Assembly: GCA_021731165.1 (NCBI GenBank)
Contig: JAKFXY010000012.1
Span: forward strand, 10,717 to 74,716
Source of the DNA: Acidobacteriota bacterium
GTDB lineage: Bacteria > Acidobacteriota > Vicinamibacteria > Vicinamibacterales > UBA2999
Direction: 5' to 3'
Length of the DNA stretch: 64,000 nt
Shown here: positions 43,550-54,377 of the stretch, piece by piece
Layout: each line of letters starts with the position of its first letter
Numbering within the stretch: the first letter of the stretch is position 1
Notes under the pieces: model-generated
Databases searched by the model: none
What the model was told of the DNA's origin: nothing
What the model saw: the letters and a program-made list of their open reading frames with translations, nothing else
Program-made: the position numbers and the translations under genes

Positions 43550-44853
43550 AGCGTCGGCTCGAACCAACCGACGGTGCGATTCGACGGCTTCAACGCCACG
43601 TCCGCGGCGGCCGACACCTCATCGAGCGTCACCTGCTCAATCCGCTCGCGGAGCGTGGGATATATCTGCCAGCGCGCGATCGTCTCGAAGTACCCGATCT
43701 GGTGGGCGATGTTCGTGATGCTGTCGTTCTCGAACACGAGCCGTGCACGAAGCTGGGTCTTGGCCTTCTGGAGTTCATCGCGCGTCACACCCTCCCGCCG
43801 TACGCGGTCGATCTCCCCAAGCGTCGCTTCTTCCACCGATGCCAGTGGGGTGCCCTCGGTCGCCGTGATCGACAGCGTATAGAGAAACGGCTGCTGGGTC
43901 GGGACCACTCCTCCCGTGACCGCGGATGCGAGCCCCGTGTTCACCAGCGCACGGTAGAGGCGCGCGCTGCGCTGCGGTGGCGGAGTCCGGAAGCTCGCCC
44001 ACAGGTTCAACCCCTTGGCGCCGGTGAGCACCGCATCGAGTGCGAGCAGAGGGAAGAATCCAGGGTCGGTCACCGCGGGGGCGTGGTACCCAATCTTCAG
44101 ATACGCCGTCGTCCCCTCTTTCGAGATCGTCACGCGCCGCTCACCGAGCTGCTCTGGCTCCGGCGTCGGCGGCCGCCTGGCGACATCACCGGCCGGGATG
44201 TTCCCGAAGTGGTGAACCGCTCTTCTCAGCACGTCGGCCGTCTCCACGTCTCCAACGATGACAAGCGTCGCGTTGTTGGGAGCGTAGAAGCGTTTGTAGT
44301 GGCCATAGAGGTCGTCGCGGGTCATCGTCTCGAGGTCGCGCTGCCAGCCGATCGTCGGGTGGCGGTAGGGGTGTACTCGGAAGGCGGTGGCGGTCAGCTC
44401 CTGGTCCAAGAGCTGATCGGGATCGTTCTCGCCACCCTGGAGTTCCGAGATGATGACCGTCCGCTCCGACTCACAATCGGCCGGGTCGTAGAGACAACCC
44501 GCCATGCGCTCCGACTCAATGAAGAGCATCCGGTCCAGCGCGTCGCGCGTGGCGGTCTCGGTGTAGGTCGTCTGGTCGATCCAGGTGTAGCCGTTCCAGT
44601 AGCCGCCGAATTGCTCGATGATCCCCTTGACCTTGTCGCGGGGAATGTTGGTCGTCCCCTTGAAGTTCATGTGCTCGCACCAGTGCGAGACGCCCGTGAG
44701 GCCGGCGGCCTCGTCCTTCGATCCCACGCGGTACCAGCACCACACTGTCGCGAGCGGCGCGGTGTGGACTTCCTGGACGAGCACGCGCAGCCCGTTGCTG
44801 AGCACTTCTTCATGGATCACCGGAGTCACCACCGCATTATAGAACCCGTACAT
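43546..44853 (-). CDS. M16 family zinc peptidase, catalytic subunit (second pair)
   Basis: [11 protein letters not shown] (HxxEH) and [28 protein letters not shown]. Confidence 0.9.
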   Translation of the reverse strand: MYGFYNAVVTPVIHEEVLSNGLRVLVQEVHTAPLATVWCWYRVGSKDEAAGLTGVSHWCEHMNFKGTTNIPRDKVKGIIEQFGGYWNGYTWIDQTTYTETATRDALDRMLFIESERMAGCLYDPADCESERTVIISELQGGENDPDQLLDQELTATAFRVHPYRHPTIGWQRDLETMTRDDLYGHYKRFYAPNNATLVIVGDVETADVLRRAVHHFGNIPAGDVARRPPTPEPEQLGERRVTISKEGTTAYLKIGYHAPAVTDPGFFPLLALDAVLTGAKGLNLWASFRTPPPQRSARLYRALVNTGLASAVTGGVVPTQQPFLYTLSITATEGTPLASVEEATLGEIDRVRREGVTRDELQKAKTQLRARLVFENDSITNIAHQIGYFETIARWQIYPTLRERIEQVTLDEVSAAADVALKPSNRTVGWFEPTL

Positions 44854-44867
44854 TACAATTACGGTTC

Positions 44868-47711
44868 ATGCCCGAGTGGAAAGACACCGTCAACCTGCCG
44901 CGCACCGAGTTTCCGATGCGCGGCAATCTGCCGACGAGCGAGCCGGTGATGCTCGCGCGATGGACGGAGATCGATCTCTACGGGCAGATTCGCCGGCGGC
45001 GCGCCGGCGCCCCGAAGTACGTTCTGCACGATGGCCCTCCCTATGCCAACGGACAGATTCACCTCGGGACGGCGCTCAACAAGATTCTCAAGGACATCGT
45101 CATCAAGTCGAAGTCGATGGCCGGCTTCGACGCGCCGTATGTCCCCGGCTACGACTGCCACGGCCTGCCGATCGAGCTCAAGGTCGATCGCGAACTTGGC
45201 CCGAAGAAGCGCGGGCTCTCGACTGCTGACTTTCGCCGCGCATGCCGCGCGTACGCGGAGCGCTTTATCGGCGTGATGACCGGGGAGTTCCAGCGGCTCG
45301 GCGTGTTCGGCGACTGGGCGCACCCATACCTGACGATGAACTTCAGGTACCAGGCGTCAATCGCGCGCGCGCTGAAACCGTTCGTCGAGCTCGGGCTTGC
45401 CTTCAAAGGCAAGAAGCCGGTCCACTGGTGCATCCACTGCCGGACGGCGCTCGCGGAAGCCGAGATCGAATACGAGGACCATTCGTCCCCGTCGATCTAC
45501 GTGGAGTTCCCGCTATCGGCTGAGAGCACGGGCGAGCTCGCAGCGCGTGTGCCGGGGCTCGCTGGACGTCAGGTCTCGGTGCTTATCTGGACGACAACAC
45601 CGTGGACGATTCCGTCAAACCTGGCAATCGCCTTCCACCCCGAGCTTGACTACGCGGCCTTTGAGGTCGGGGGGCGCTCGGTGATCGTCGCGGAGGGACT
45701 CGCTGAAACGGTTGGAAAGGCGGTCGGACGGCCGCTTGACCGCCCGGTGGCCAGGATGAAGGGCGTGCAGCTCGAAGGGCTCCGCTTTCGACATCCCCTC
45801 TATGAGCGCGACTCAGTCGGCGTGCTGGGCGACTATGTCACGCTCGAAGCCGGCACCGGCGCCGTCCACACCGCCCCCGGCCACGGCGCGGATGACTTCC
45901 TGACCGGGCTGAAGTACGGCCTGGAGGTATACGCTCCCGTAGGCCCCGGCGGTCATTTTCTCGATTCCGTTGAGCTTTTTGGCGGCCAGCGCGTGTTCGA
46001 CGCCAATCCGAGGATTGAAGAGGCGCTTCACGAGCGCGGTCGGCTCTGGCACCGCCAGCCGTTCACCCACCAGTACCCACACTGCTGGCGCTGTCACAAC
46101 CCGGTGATTTTTCTCGCAACGTCGCAATGGTTCATCCGCATGGACGGTGAGCCAAGGATCGGGACCGGGGACGGGAAGAAGACGCTCCGCACGGCGGCGC
46201 TCGATGCCATCGACCAACAGGTGACGTGGATTCCCTCGTGGGGGCGCGATCGCATCTACAACATGGTGGCGAACCGGCCGGACTGGTGCATCTCGCGTCA
46301 GCGCGCCTGGGGCGTCCCCATACCTGCCCTTGACTGCGCCACGTGCGGCGAAGCCATCCTCACGTCCGCGCTGATAGACCTGGCAGCGGCCGTATTCGAT
46401 GAGTACGGCGCCGACGCATGGTACGAGCGGCCAATCGAGGAGTTCGTCCCGCCTGGACTAACGTGTCCATCGTGCGGCAGCAACACCTTCGAGCGCGAGC
46501 GCGACATTCTCGACGTCTGGTTCGACTCGGGTTCGAGCCATGAAGCGGTGCTGCCGTTCCGCGACGAGCTGACCTGGCCGTCCGACCTCTACCTGGAGGG
46601 CAGCGACCAGCACCGCGGCTGGTTCCAAAGTTCGTTGCTCGTGGCCCTCGGGACACGGGGCCGGCCTCCCTATCGGGAAGTGCTCACGCACGGTTTCCTG
46701 ATCGACATGGATGGCCGCAAGATGTCCAAGTCGATCGGCAACACAGTCCTCCCTCAGGAGGTCATCAAGGAGAGTGGCGCGGAGATCCTCCGCCTGTGGG
46801 TCGCGATGAGCGATTTCCGCGAGGAGCTGCGTGTCAGCAAGCAGATACTCGCGCGGGTAGTCGAGGCATACCGCAAGCTGCGAAATACCTGCCGCATCTT
46901 GGCAGCAAATCTGTACGACTTCGATCCGGCGACTGACATGGTGCCGGTCGAGCGCCTCGAAGCCGTGGACCGCTACGCACTTGCCCGCTATGCGGACGCG
47001 GCGCAGGCCACGGTGTCTGCCTACGCCGCATTCGATTTCCAGGCGGTATTTCAGACCCTGAACGCTCTCGTGACGATCGACCTCAGCGCGTTCTATATCG
47101 ATGTCACGAAGGACCGGATGTACACCTACGGGGCACGATCCCAGGAGCGGCGGTCTGCGCAGACGGTCATGCACCTGATCGCGGACGGTCTGGCGAGGCT
47201 GCTGGCGCCGATCCTGCCGGTTACCTCGGATGAGCTCTGGAGCCACCTGCCTGGCGGGCGGTCACCATCGGTGCATCTTGAAACCTTCCCTGAGGTCGAA
47301 GGGTTCGTCGAGCGTGATGTCGTCGCTTCGTGGGACCGGCTGATACGGGTGCGCGAGGAGGTCAACGCCGCGCTGGAGCAACAGCGGAAGGACAAGGTGA
47401 TCGGAACGTCTCTCGGTGCTCACGCGATCATCACGGCGTCCGGTCCCGTGGCGCGGCTGCTCGAGGAACATCGTCAGCAATTACCGATGCTGTTCATCGT
47501 GTCCGAGGTCGAACTGCGCGTGACTCCGTCTCCGGACGGCGCTGACTCGTCGGACTCTGCCTCCGACGATGTCCGTATAGAGGTGGGGAAGGCGGCGGGC
47601 GTCAAATGTGAACGTTGCTGGCGCTACGTGGCCAGGATCAGGACCGAACCGGACTGGGCCGGCATCTGCGATCGATGCGTCGATGCCCTGGCGGAAACGG
47701 TGCACTCGTAG
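44868..47711 (+). CDS. ileS: isoleucyl-tRNA synthetase
   Basis: [13 protein letters not shown] (HIGH-type) and KMSKS motifs. C-terminal zinc-binding CERCWRY...CDRC. N-terminus [21 protein letters not shown] is typical. Confidence 0.95.
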   Translation: MPEWKDTVNLPRTEFPMRGNLPTSEPVMLARWTEIDLYGQIRRRRAGAPKYVLHDGPPYANGQIHLGTALNKILKDIVIKSKSMAGFDAPYVPGYDCHGLPIELKVDRELGPKKRGLSTADFRRACRAYAERFIGVMTGEFQRLGVFGDWAHPYLTMNFRYQASIARALKPFVELGLAFKGKKPVHWCIHCRTALAEAEIEYEDHSSPSIYVEFPLSAESTGELAARVPGLAGRQVSVLIWTTTPWTIPSNLAIAFHPELDYAAFEVGGRSVIVAEGLAETVGKAVGRPLDRPVARMKGVQLEGLRFRHPLYERDSVGVLGDYVTLEAGTGAVHTAPGHGADDFLTGLKYGLEVYAPVGPGGHFLDSVELFGGQRVFDANPRIEEALHERGRLWHRQPFTHQYPHCWRCHNPVIFLATSQWFIRMDGEPRIGTGDGKKTLRTAALDAIDQQVTWIPSWGRDRIYNMVANRPDWCISRQRAWGVPIPALDCATCGEAILTSALIDLAAAVFDEYGADAWYERPIEEFVPPGLTCPSCGSNTFERERDILDVWFDSGSSHEAVLPFRDELTWPSDLYLEGSDQHRGWFQSSLLVALGTRGRPPYREVLTHGFLIDMDGRKMSKSIGNTVLPQEVIKESGAEILRLWVAMSDFREELRVSKQILARVVEAYRKLRNTCRILAANLYDFDPATDMVPVERLEAVDRYALARYADAAQATVSAYAAFDFQAVFQTLNALVTIDLSAFYIDVTKDRMYTYGARSQERRSAQTVMHLIADGLARLLAPILPVTSDELWSHLPGGRSPSVHLETFPEVEGFVERDVVASWDRLIRVREEVNAALEQQRKDKVIGTSLGAHAIITASGPVARLLEEHRQQLPMLFIVSEVELRVTPSPDGADSSDSASDDVRIEVGKAAGVKCERCWRYVARIRTEPDWAGICDRCVDALAETVHS

Positions 47712-47713
47712 TC

Positions 47714-48211
47714 GTGTTGCGACACCGACGGATTGAGGTCTGGATTGTCGCGGGCATGGTGGTGCTCGATCAGGCAACGAAGGCATTGGTGCGTGCGCGC
47801 CTAGACCTCTCCGAGGGCATCACGGTGATCCCCGGCGTCTTCGACGTGACGCGTGTCCACAACACCGGCGCGGCGTTCGGACTGCTGAACGCGGCGGACA
47901 TTCCGATGAAGACGGTGATCCTCGGGATCGTGGCCGCGGCCGCACTGGCCGGGCTCACGATGTACGCCGCGGGGCTGCCGGCCGAGCACCGGGTGACACG
48001 GGTCGGGCTGGCGTTCATCATCGGAGGCGCGATAGGCAACCTGACCGATCGGCTGACGACTGGCTATGTCGTGGACTTCGTCGATCTGTACTGGGCCGGG
48101 TGGCATTTCTGGGCGTTCAACGTGGCCGACGCGGCGATCACGATAGGCGTCGCGTTGATGATTTGGGACCTCCTTGGAGTAGGACGCCACCGTGCACCCA
48201 GAACTGTTTGA
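47714..48211 (+). CDS. lspA: lipoprotein signal peptidase II
   Basis: DQATKALV, NTGAAFG and FNVADAAITIG motifs. GTG is 3 nt after the ileS stop. Confidence 0.85.
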   Translation: MLRHRRIEVWIVAGMVVLDQATKALVRARLDLSEGITVIPGVFDVTRVHNTGAAFGLLNAADIPMKTVILGIVAAAALAGLTMYAAGLPAEHRVTRVGLAFIIGGAIGNLTDRLTTGYVVDFVDLYWAGWHFWAFNVADAAITIGVALMIWDLLGVGRHRAPRTV

Positions 48212-49007
48212 CCTCGGCCCGGTGACGGTTTACTCGTACGGTGTCCTGCTCGCTGCGTCGTACCTCCTGGGCCTTCAACTCGCGCGGGCGCGGGCACGCC
48301 GGTGGGGTCTCGACGCCAGCCGCGTGCTCGATCTGGGGATCTACATCATCATCGCCGCCCTTGTGGGAGCGAAGCTGCTGCTCCTGGTCGTCGACTTCGA
48401 CCAGTTCCGCCAGTCCCCCGCCGAGGTGCTCTCCCTCGCGCGCTCGGGAGGCGTCTTCTACGGCGGCCTCATCCTCGCGGTTGTCGTGGCGTTCTGGTAC
48501 ATCCACAAACACCGGCTCCCCTTCTGGACGACCTGCGACGTCTTCGCCCCGGGCATCGCGCTTGGTCACGTGACTGGACGACTGGGATGCCTGGCCGCGG
48601 GGTGCTGTTACGGGAGGCCGACGACCTTACCGTGGGGCATTACGTTCACGAACCCACTGGCCGCCGCCAACGTAGGGACGCCTCTCGGCATCCCGCTGCA
48701 TCCAACCCAGATCTACGAGGCGGGCGCCGAACTCCTGATCCTCGCACTGTTGCTCGTGGCCGAGCGGCGGGGCCGGCCATTTGCCGGGCGCACGTTCTGG
48801 GCATACATGTTTCTCTACGCATGCTCGCGCTTCGTCATCGAGTTCTATCGAGGCGATCCGCGCGGCATGATCTTCGGCGTGCTCTCTACCTCGCAGTTCA
48901 TCTCGGTCGTCCTCGCGCCGCTCAGTCTTGCGATGCTCGCGTGGCTGTCGCACGTCACCCCCGAAGCCCCGCAGGAAATGCGCCGCCGCCGGAAAGTTGC
49001 GGCGTGA
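48192..49007 (+). CDS. lgt: prolipoprotein diacylglyceryl transferase
   Basis: GPVTVYSYGVL, GRLGCLAAGCCYGRPT and HPTQIYE motifs. Confidence 0.9.
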   Translation: MHPELFDLGPVTVYSYGVLLAASYLLGLQLARARARRWGLDASRVLDLGIYIIIAALVGAKLLLLVVDFDQFRQSPAEVLSLARSGGVFYGGLILAVVVAFWYIHKHRLPFWTTCDVFAPGIALGHVTGRLGCLAAGCCYGRPTTLPWGITFTNPLAAANVGTPLGIPLHPTQIYEAGAELLILALLLVAERRGRPFAGRTFWAYMFLYACSRFVIEFYRGDPRGMIFGVLSTSQFISVVLAPLSLAMLAWLSHVTPEAPQEMRRRRKVAA

Positions 49008-49010
49008 TAC

Positions 49011-49961
49011 GTGGACCCATACGAACTCACCGTACCGCCTGACTACGAGGGGCAACGCCTCGATCGCTTCCTCGTCGCGGTCATGGAGGGCCAGTCCCGT
49101 TCGCAGATCCAGAAGGCGATTACCGACGGGCACGTGACCGTTCACGGTCGTCAGGCACGACCGAATCTGGCCGTCCACAAGGGAGACCAGGTGCGCGTGG
49201 ACCTTCCAGCGGCTGTGCCCGCGGATGCGTCCGCCGAGGCACTTCCCCTCGATATCCTCTACCAGGACTCAGACCTCGTCGTTTTGAACAAGCCGGCCGG
49301 CATGGTCGTGCACCCAGCCGCCGGTCATGCCTCCGGCACGCTCGTCAACGCGCTGCTCCATCACATCACCGATCTCAGTGGTATCGGAGGCGAGCTGAGA
49401 CCAGGCATCGTGCACCGGCTCGATCGCGGAACCTCCGGTGTGATGGTCGTCGCGAAGAACGACGCCGCGCACCAGGAGCTCGCGCGGCAGTTCCACGATC
49501 GCGAGGTGGAGAAGGAGTACGTGGCGCTGGTCTGGGGCGTGGTTCAAGCAGGCCGACGCATCGACGCGGCCATCGGACGCGACCCCGAGCAGCGCCAGAA
49601 GATGTCGGCGCGGTCAAAGCACGCGCGGAACGCGGTCACCCGCATCACGCGCGCCCATCATCTCCCGGGGCTCACGCTGTGCCAGGTGGCCATCCAGACG
49701 GGCCGCACACACCAGATTCGCGTGCACTTGAGCGCGATCGGTCATCCCATCGTCGGTGATAGCCTTTATGGCGGCGTCCATCGGCGAGTCGCGGGGGACA
49801 TCCGCGCGGTGCTCCGACTCGGCCGCCCCTTCTTGCACGCGGCGCGACTTGGATTCACGCACCCCAGGGACGGCCGGCGACTGGAGTTCACGACTCCGCT
49901 GCCACTCGACCTCGAAAGCGTCCTGAACGACCTCCCGGGCTGGCTCGAAGAGGCGCCCTGA
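49011..49961 (+). CDS. rluD: RluA-family 23S rRNA pseudouridine synthase (RluD-like) with S4 domain
   Basis: HRLDRGTSGVMVVAKN catalytic Asp motif and TGRTHQIRVHL. Confidence 0.9.
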   Translation: MDPYELTVPPDYEGQRLDRFLVAVMEGQSRSQIQKAITDGHVTVHGRQARPNLAVHKGDQVRVDLPAAVPADASAEALPLDILYQDSDLVVLNKPAGMVVHPAAGHASGTLVNALLHHITDLSGIGGELRPGIVHRLDRGTSGVMVVAKNDAAHQELARQFHDREVEKEYVALVWGVVQAGRRIDAAIGRDPEQRQKMSARSKHARNAVTRITRAHHLPGLTLCQVAIQTGRTHQIRVHLSAIGHPIVGDSLYGGVHRRVAGDIRAVLRLGRPFLHAARLGFTHPRDGRRLEFTTPLPLDLESVLNDLPGWLEEAP

Positions 49962-49970
49962 GGAGCATCG

Positions 49971-50522
49971 ATGGACAAGCCGATTATTCCAAGCGAGATT
50001 CGCACAATCTACGAGGGCCGAATCTTCACGGTTCAAGTGGAGACCATTACGTTGCCCAAGGGCGGCGAGCTGAAGGCGGAGATTGTCCGACATCCAGGCT
50101 CTGTGGTGATCGTTCCGGTGACCGATTCCGGAGAAATCGTGCTGGTGCGACAGTACCGCCACCCGCTTGGGCGTTGGGTGTGGGAGCTTCCGGCGGGCAG
50201 CCTGAAACGCGGAGAGGATCCGGAACAGGCTGCCGCTCGCGAATGCCACGAGGAGGTCGGTAAGATTCCGGGCCGCATTGACAGGCTCGGCGCGTTCTTT
50301 CCGACTCCAGGCTACTGCGACGAGGAGATGAGCATCTACCGAGCCAGTCGCCTGCGTGACCCGGAGGTGGCCGACGTACCGGCACAGCCCGATGCCGACG
50401 AGGATATCGAGACGAAGGCGTTCAGCCTGGAGGCGCTCCGGCAAATGATCTCCACGGGCGAGATCATCGATCTGAAGACCGTCGCGGGCCTTGCGCTGGC
50501 CGAGGGAATCAGTCGGCCGTGA
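49971..50522 (+). CDS. NUDIX hydrolase (ADP-ribose pyrophosphatase-like)
   Basis: Nudix box GSLKRGEDPEQAAARECHEEVG. Confidence 0.85.
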   Translation: MDKPIIPSEIRTIYEGRIFTVQVETITLPKGGELKAEIVRHPGSVVIVPVTDSGEIVLVRQYRHPLGRWVWELPAGSLKRGEDPEQAAARECHEEVGKIPGRIDRLGAFFPTPGYCDEEMSIYRASRLRDPEVADVPAQPDADEDIETKAFSLEALRQMISTGEIIDLKTVAGLALAEGISRP

Positions 50523-50576
50523 CCCTTGGCAGGCTCAAGGTCTGCCGGAGCATTCTCGAGGGGTGAGGGTCCGGCT

Positions 50577-53012
50577 TTACTGCAGTGGCTGGACGCGGCG
50601 ATCCGTCTTACGGGATCCAGGCACCGATACGACCGGCGTCAACGCGAGCAACAGCACTTCGTCCACCGTCTGGACGTAATGAATCGTCAGCTCACGCCGT
50701 AGCGCTTCACTGAGATCCTCATCCACGTTCTTCTTGTTCTGGCGGGGCAAAATCACTTCGTGGATCCCGACTCGGCGCGCAGCGAGCACCTTTTCCTTGA
50801 TTCCGCCAACCGGGAGCACTCGGCCAGAGAGGGTGACCTCACCCGTCATCGCGATATCCCCGCGCACTGGCCGTCGCGTCAACTCGGATGCGAGCGCAGT
50901 TGCGATTGTGACACCGGCCGAGGGACCGTCCTTCGGTATCGCCCCTGAGGGAACGTGGAGGTGGATCTCCGCGTTCTTGAAGAAGTCAGGGTCCGCGCCG
51001 TAGACGGCCGCATGCGCACGAAACCAGGAGAGCGCCGCTCGCGCCGATTCCTTCATCACATCGCCAAGCTGTCCGGTCAGCGTCAGCGTGCCGGGACCGG
51101 CCATCCGCGACGCTTCGATGAACAGTACGTCGCCGCCGGCAGGGGTCCAAGCGAGGCCGATGGCCACTCCCGGCTCCCTGGTCCGTTCCTCCATCTCCTC
51201 GTCGAGGAACGTCGGTGCGCCGAGCAGTTCGACGACGACATCGGCCGTGACGGTCAAGAGACTTTCGTCCCCCTCGGCACGGCGCCGTGCAGTCTTGCGG
51301 CAAATCGATCCGATCTGCCGCTCCATGTTGCGAACGCCAGCCTCGCGAGTGTAGCCGCGAATCATCGCACGCAGGGCCTCGTCGGTGATGACCAGTTGCT
51401 CAGGCGTCAGGCCGTGATTGGTGATCTGCTTCTGGACCAGATGGTCGCGGGCGATCTCGAGCTTCTCCTCTTCTGTATAGCCGGGAATCTCCAGGACCTC
51501 CATGCGGTCGCGGAGTGCCGCCGGAACCGGATCGAGCACGTTTGCGGTAGTGATAAAGAGCACTTCCGAAAGGTCGAACGGCACGTCGAGGTAGTGGTCA
51601 CGGAACGTGGAATTCTGCTCGGGATCGAGCACTTCGAGAAGCGCCGACGCGGGGTCGCCACGGAAGTCGGAGCCAAGCTTGTCGATCTCGTCGAGGATGA
51701 AGACCGGGTTCTTCGTCTCCGCGCGACGGACCCCCTGGATGATCTGACCTGGCAGGGCGCCGATGTATGTGCGACGGTGTCCGCGGATCTCAGCTTCGTC
51801 CCGCATTCCGCCGAGCGATACGCGCACGAACTTGCGGCCGATGGATTGCGCGATTGACCGTGCCAGGGAGGTTTTCCCAACACCTGGGGGACCGACGAAG
51901 CACAGAATCGGTCCCTTCACGTGAGGGTTGAGCTTGCGCACGGCCAGGTACTCGAGAATGCGGTCCTTGGCTTTTTCGAGGCCAGAGTGATCTAGGTCGA
52001 GGGTCCGCTTGGTGCTTGGCAGGTCGATGACCTCATCGCTGCGCTTCTGCCAAGGGAGGGTGACGAGCCAGTCCAAGTAGGTTCTCGATACTGTGTACTC
52101 GGCGGCGGCGACGGGCATCTTCGCCAGGCGGTCGAGTTCCCGCTGCGCTTCCTTCCGCACCGTATCGGGCATGCCAGACGCTTCGATCTTCTGCTGGAAT
52201 TCCTCGACATCCTTGGTCTGGTCGTCGCCTTCACCGAGTTCCTTCTGGATCGCTTTCATCTGCTCGCGCAGGAAATATTCGCGCTGATTCTTTCCGACCT
52301 CCGACTGTACCTGGGACTGGATCTTCGACCCGAGCTCGAGCACCTCGAGTTCCTTGATCAGAATCCTGTTGAGGCTGTCCATGCGCGCCCTGACATCGAG
52401 CGTCTCGAGTACGTCCTGCTTCACGGCAGTCGCCAAGGTCGTCAGACTGGACGCGATGAAGTCTGTGAGCCGCCCAGGCTCGGAGATATTCGCCGCTAGT
52501 GTCTGAAGATCATCCGACAGGAGCGGCGACAGCGACACCACCTGCTGAAAGCTTGTCTTGATGTTTCTGAGCAGGGCGTCGATCTCGAGGCGATCATCCT
52601 CACCGACGGCTTCGGGTGCCGGGCTCACCAGCGCCTTCAGGTAGGGCTTGGTCTCCGTGACGCGCTCGAGCGTCACCCGCGCGAGACCCTGAACAATGAG
52701 CCGAAGGCTGCCGTCGGGCAGCTTGAACATCTTGTGGATGTGGCTTGCGGTCCCGACGCGGTGAAGGCCCTCCTGCTGAGGTTCTTCAATGGTCGCGTCG
52801 CGCTGGGTGAAGACACCAATGATCTTCTGCCCGGAGATTGCGGCGTCGATGAGCCTGACCGAACTCTCCCGAGCCACCGCCAACGGCATGAATGAGTTGG
52901 GAAAAAGGACGGTATCGCGGAGCGGAAGAATCGGAAGTTCGTCGGGTATTGAGAGCGGCCTGTCCCCTGTCGAGAGGTCTTCGATTTCAATCGCGTCGTC
53001 CCGATCGCTCAT
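50577..53012 (-). CDS. lon: ATP-dependent Lon protease
   Basis: Walker A GPPGVGKTS and protease motif PKDGPSAG. Start taken at MSDRDD (ATG 53012, SD GGAGA 8 nt upstream). The ORF track extends to 53057. Confidence 0.95.
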   Translation of the reverse strand: MSDRDDAIEIEDLSTGDRPLSIPDELPILPLRDTVLFPNSFMPLAVARESSVRLIDAAISGQKIIGVFTQRDATIEEPQQEGLHRVGTASHIHKMFKLPDGSLRLIVQGLARVTLERVTETKPYLKALVSPAPEAVGEDDRLEIDALLRNIKTSFQQVVSLSPLLSDDLQTLAANISEPGRLTDFIASSLTTLATAVKQDVLETLDVRARMDSLNRILIKELEVLELGSKIQSQVQSEVGKNQREYFLREQMKAIQKELGEGDDQTKDVEEFQQKIEASGMPDTVRKEAQRELDRLAKMPVAAAEYTVSRTYLDWLVTLPWQKRSDEVIDLPSTKRTLDLDHSGLEKAKDRILEYLAVRKLNPHVKGPILCFVGPPGVGKTSLARSIAQSIGRKFVRVSLGGMRDEAEIRGHRRTYIGALPGQIIQGVRRAETKNPVFILDEIDKLGSDFRGDPASALLEVLDPEQNSTFRDHYLDVPFDLSEVLFITTANVLDPVPAALRDRMEVLEIPGYTEEEKLEIARDHLVQKQITNHGLTPEQLVITDEALRAMIRGYTREAGVRNMERQIGSICRKTARRRAEGDESLLTVTADVVVELLGAPTFLDEEMEERTREPGVAIGLAWTPAGGDVLFIEASRMAGPGTLTLTGQLGDVMKESARAALSWFRAHAAVYGADPDFFKNAEIHLHVPSGAIPKDGPSAGVTIATALASELTRRPVRGDIAMTGEVTLSGRVLPVGGIKEKVLAARRVGIHEVILPRQNKKNVDEDLSEALRRELTIHYVQTVDEVLLLALTPVVSVPGSRKTDRRVQPLQ

Positions 53013-53120
53013 GACGGGAATCTCCGTGTGCGTGTAGGGGCCACGCCGCTCAGGCACGACTCGACGGGGAAACGAAGGGCCCGCCCGGCGGACGCAGGAC
53101 GGGCCTGGATTGGGATCTGC

Positions 53121-53567
53121 TTAGCTGGCCATGTCGAAGAAGAGCGCCGAAGAGCCACTGCGGCGCACCAACTGGCGCTCGCGCTGTTCCGCCGTCTCGC
53201 GCGCCTCTTCGCAGTCCTTGCAGCGAACAGCAAAAGGCAGCGCTCGCAAGCGGGGTCCGGCGATTTCGTCTCCGCACTCGAAACAGTTGCCGTAGGTCCC
53301 GTCCTCGAGCCGGCGAAGCGCTTCGTTGACCTTGATCAGCGTCTCGCCCTTCATCTGAATGAGCGCGAATTCGATGTCTTCCTGAATGTCCACTTCGGAA
53401 CTCTCACCGGGGTCGAGCACGTCGCGATCCTTGCCGCCCTCGGCGCGGACGTCGCGAATCTTGCCCTGAACTTCATTGCTCAGCTCTCGGCGGCGTTCCT
53501 CAAGCATCTTTCGGAGTTCGTTGTAGCGGCTCGTCTTTGCCGCCGTTCTGCTCTTTGTCGTCGCCAT
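53121..53567 (-). CDS. dksA: DksA/TraR family C4 zinc-finger regulator
   Basis: CFECGDEIAGPRLRALPFAVRCKDC and a coiled-coil N-terminal part. Confidence 0.85.
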   Translation of the reverse strand: MATTKSRTAAKTSRYNELRKMLEERRRELSNEVQGKIRDVRAEGGKDRDVLDPGESSEVDIQEDIEFALIQMKGETLIKVNEALRRLEDGTYGNCFECGDEIAGPRLRALPFAVRCKDCEEARETAEQRERQLVRRSGSSALFFDMAS

Positions 53568-53851
53568 GTCCCTGCCGCTCCTTCCGAGTCACCCGTATTC
53601 GGGTAACAAGCTGTATGGCTCAACTATGCAACTACGGTGCCTTTTTATGTGGCTCAGATCCGAAAGCGGGCTTATCTCTCGCGATTGTGAGCCAGATTGC
53701 TTGCACGATGATGCCAGTATGATCCTTTGTTTACTTATATTTAAGACTTCAACACTCATGCCGATACGAATGTATGTCGAGACTTTAGACGTCGAGAACC
53801 CAAAGAGAGTCTCCGCAAGAATGTCCGCGAGAGAGGACGGTATAAATTGCC

Positions 53852-53880
53852 TTGACTGTGGCCGTTCAGCCGCATCTATA
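53852..53880 (+). promoter_or_regulatory. sigma70-like promoter candidate inside the AT-rich region (TTGACT-17-TCTATA)
   Basis: Hexamers at 53852-53857 and 53875-53880. It lies about 300 nt upstream of rpmB, so it would give a long leader or a separate transcript. Confidence 0.3.
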
Positions 53881-54083
53881 AGCGCAATTACTCTGGTTAA
53901 GGTAATCCAGAGGCTTCACGAGACCTCTAATGTCAATCGCCGTACGCCATACTGATGACGCGCGACGCCGCGTCGATATTTAGACATATTGTCTACTAAT
54001 GAGCAACTGTGTTTGGTTTAGACACAGGTGCACGGCAAGGTGTGTTCCCTCATTTCTTAATGACCTGCTACAATTTGGGATTA

Positions 54084-54173
54084 AGTCTCTGCGTTCAGGA
54101 GTTGTTCGAGAGACTCACTCCGAAGATCTAGAGATCTTTCGGTCGGCGGCGACGAAGGCCCTCCGGTCTTCGT
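54084..54173 (+). promoter_or_regulatory. structured rpmB 5' leader candidate (three hairpins)
   Basis: AGTCTC-N20-GAGACT (54084-54115). CCGAAGATCT-ag-AGATCTTTCGG (54120-54142). ACGAAG-N10-CTTCGT (54152-54173). A TACAAT hexamer at 54069-54074 lies just upstream, and SD GAGGGA just downstream. Confidence 0.35.
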
Positions 54174-54184
54174 ATGAGGGATCC

Positions 54185-54376
54185 ATGGCGAAGCGTTGCG
54201 AAGTCTGCGATAAGGGACCGGTAGTCGGTCGGACAGTTTCTCATGCCCACAATGTGGGACCGCGCCGGTTCGAACCGAATCTCCAATCTGTTCGGGCACT
54301 CATCAACGGCGCCACCAAGCGGATGCGCGTCTGCACCCGGTGTCTGCGGTCGGGCAAGATCAGCAAGGCCGCCTGA
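54185..54376 (+). CDS. rpmB: 50S ribosomal protein L28
   Basis: [34 protein letters not shown] is the canonical L28 N-terminus. 63 aa. Confidence 0.95.
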   Translation: MAKRCEVCDKGPVVGRTVSHAHNVGPRRFEPNLQSVRALINGATKRMRVCTRCLRSGKISKAA

Positions 54377-54377
54377 G

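Larger units (their letters stand above)
53568..54184. other. 617-bp AT-rich non-coding region between divergent dksA and rpmB
   Basis: G+C is visibly far below the flanks (by eye, not computed). No convincing ORF. Contains TTTAGAC x3 (53784, 53979, 54017) and palindromes TAGACA-tat-TGTCTA and CTGTGT-N9-ACACAG. Confidence 0.8.

Noticed and set aside
53566-53955. 129-aa ORF inside the AT-rich dksA-rpmB spacer
   Set aside because: Its composition is odd (Cys/Leu/Ser-rich) and it has no motif and no SD. It begins inside the dksA start region. I treat it as non-coding, though I cannot exclude a foreign gene without a search.
53568-54184. AT-rich region as replication origin
   Set aside because: I found no cluster of DnaA boxes in it (best words match only 6-7 of 9). 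There is no dnaA/dnaN/gidA-type neighbour.
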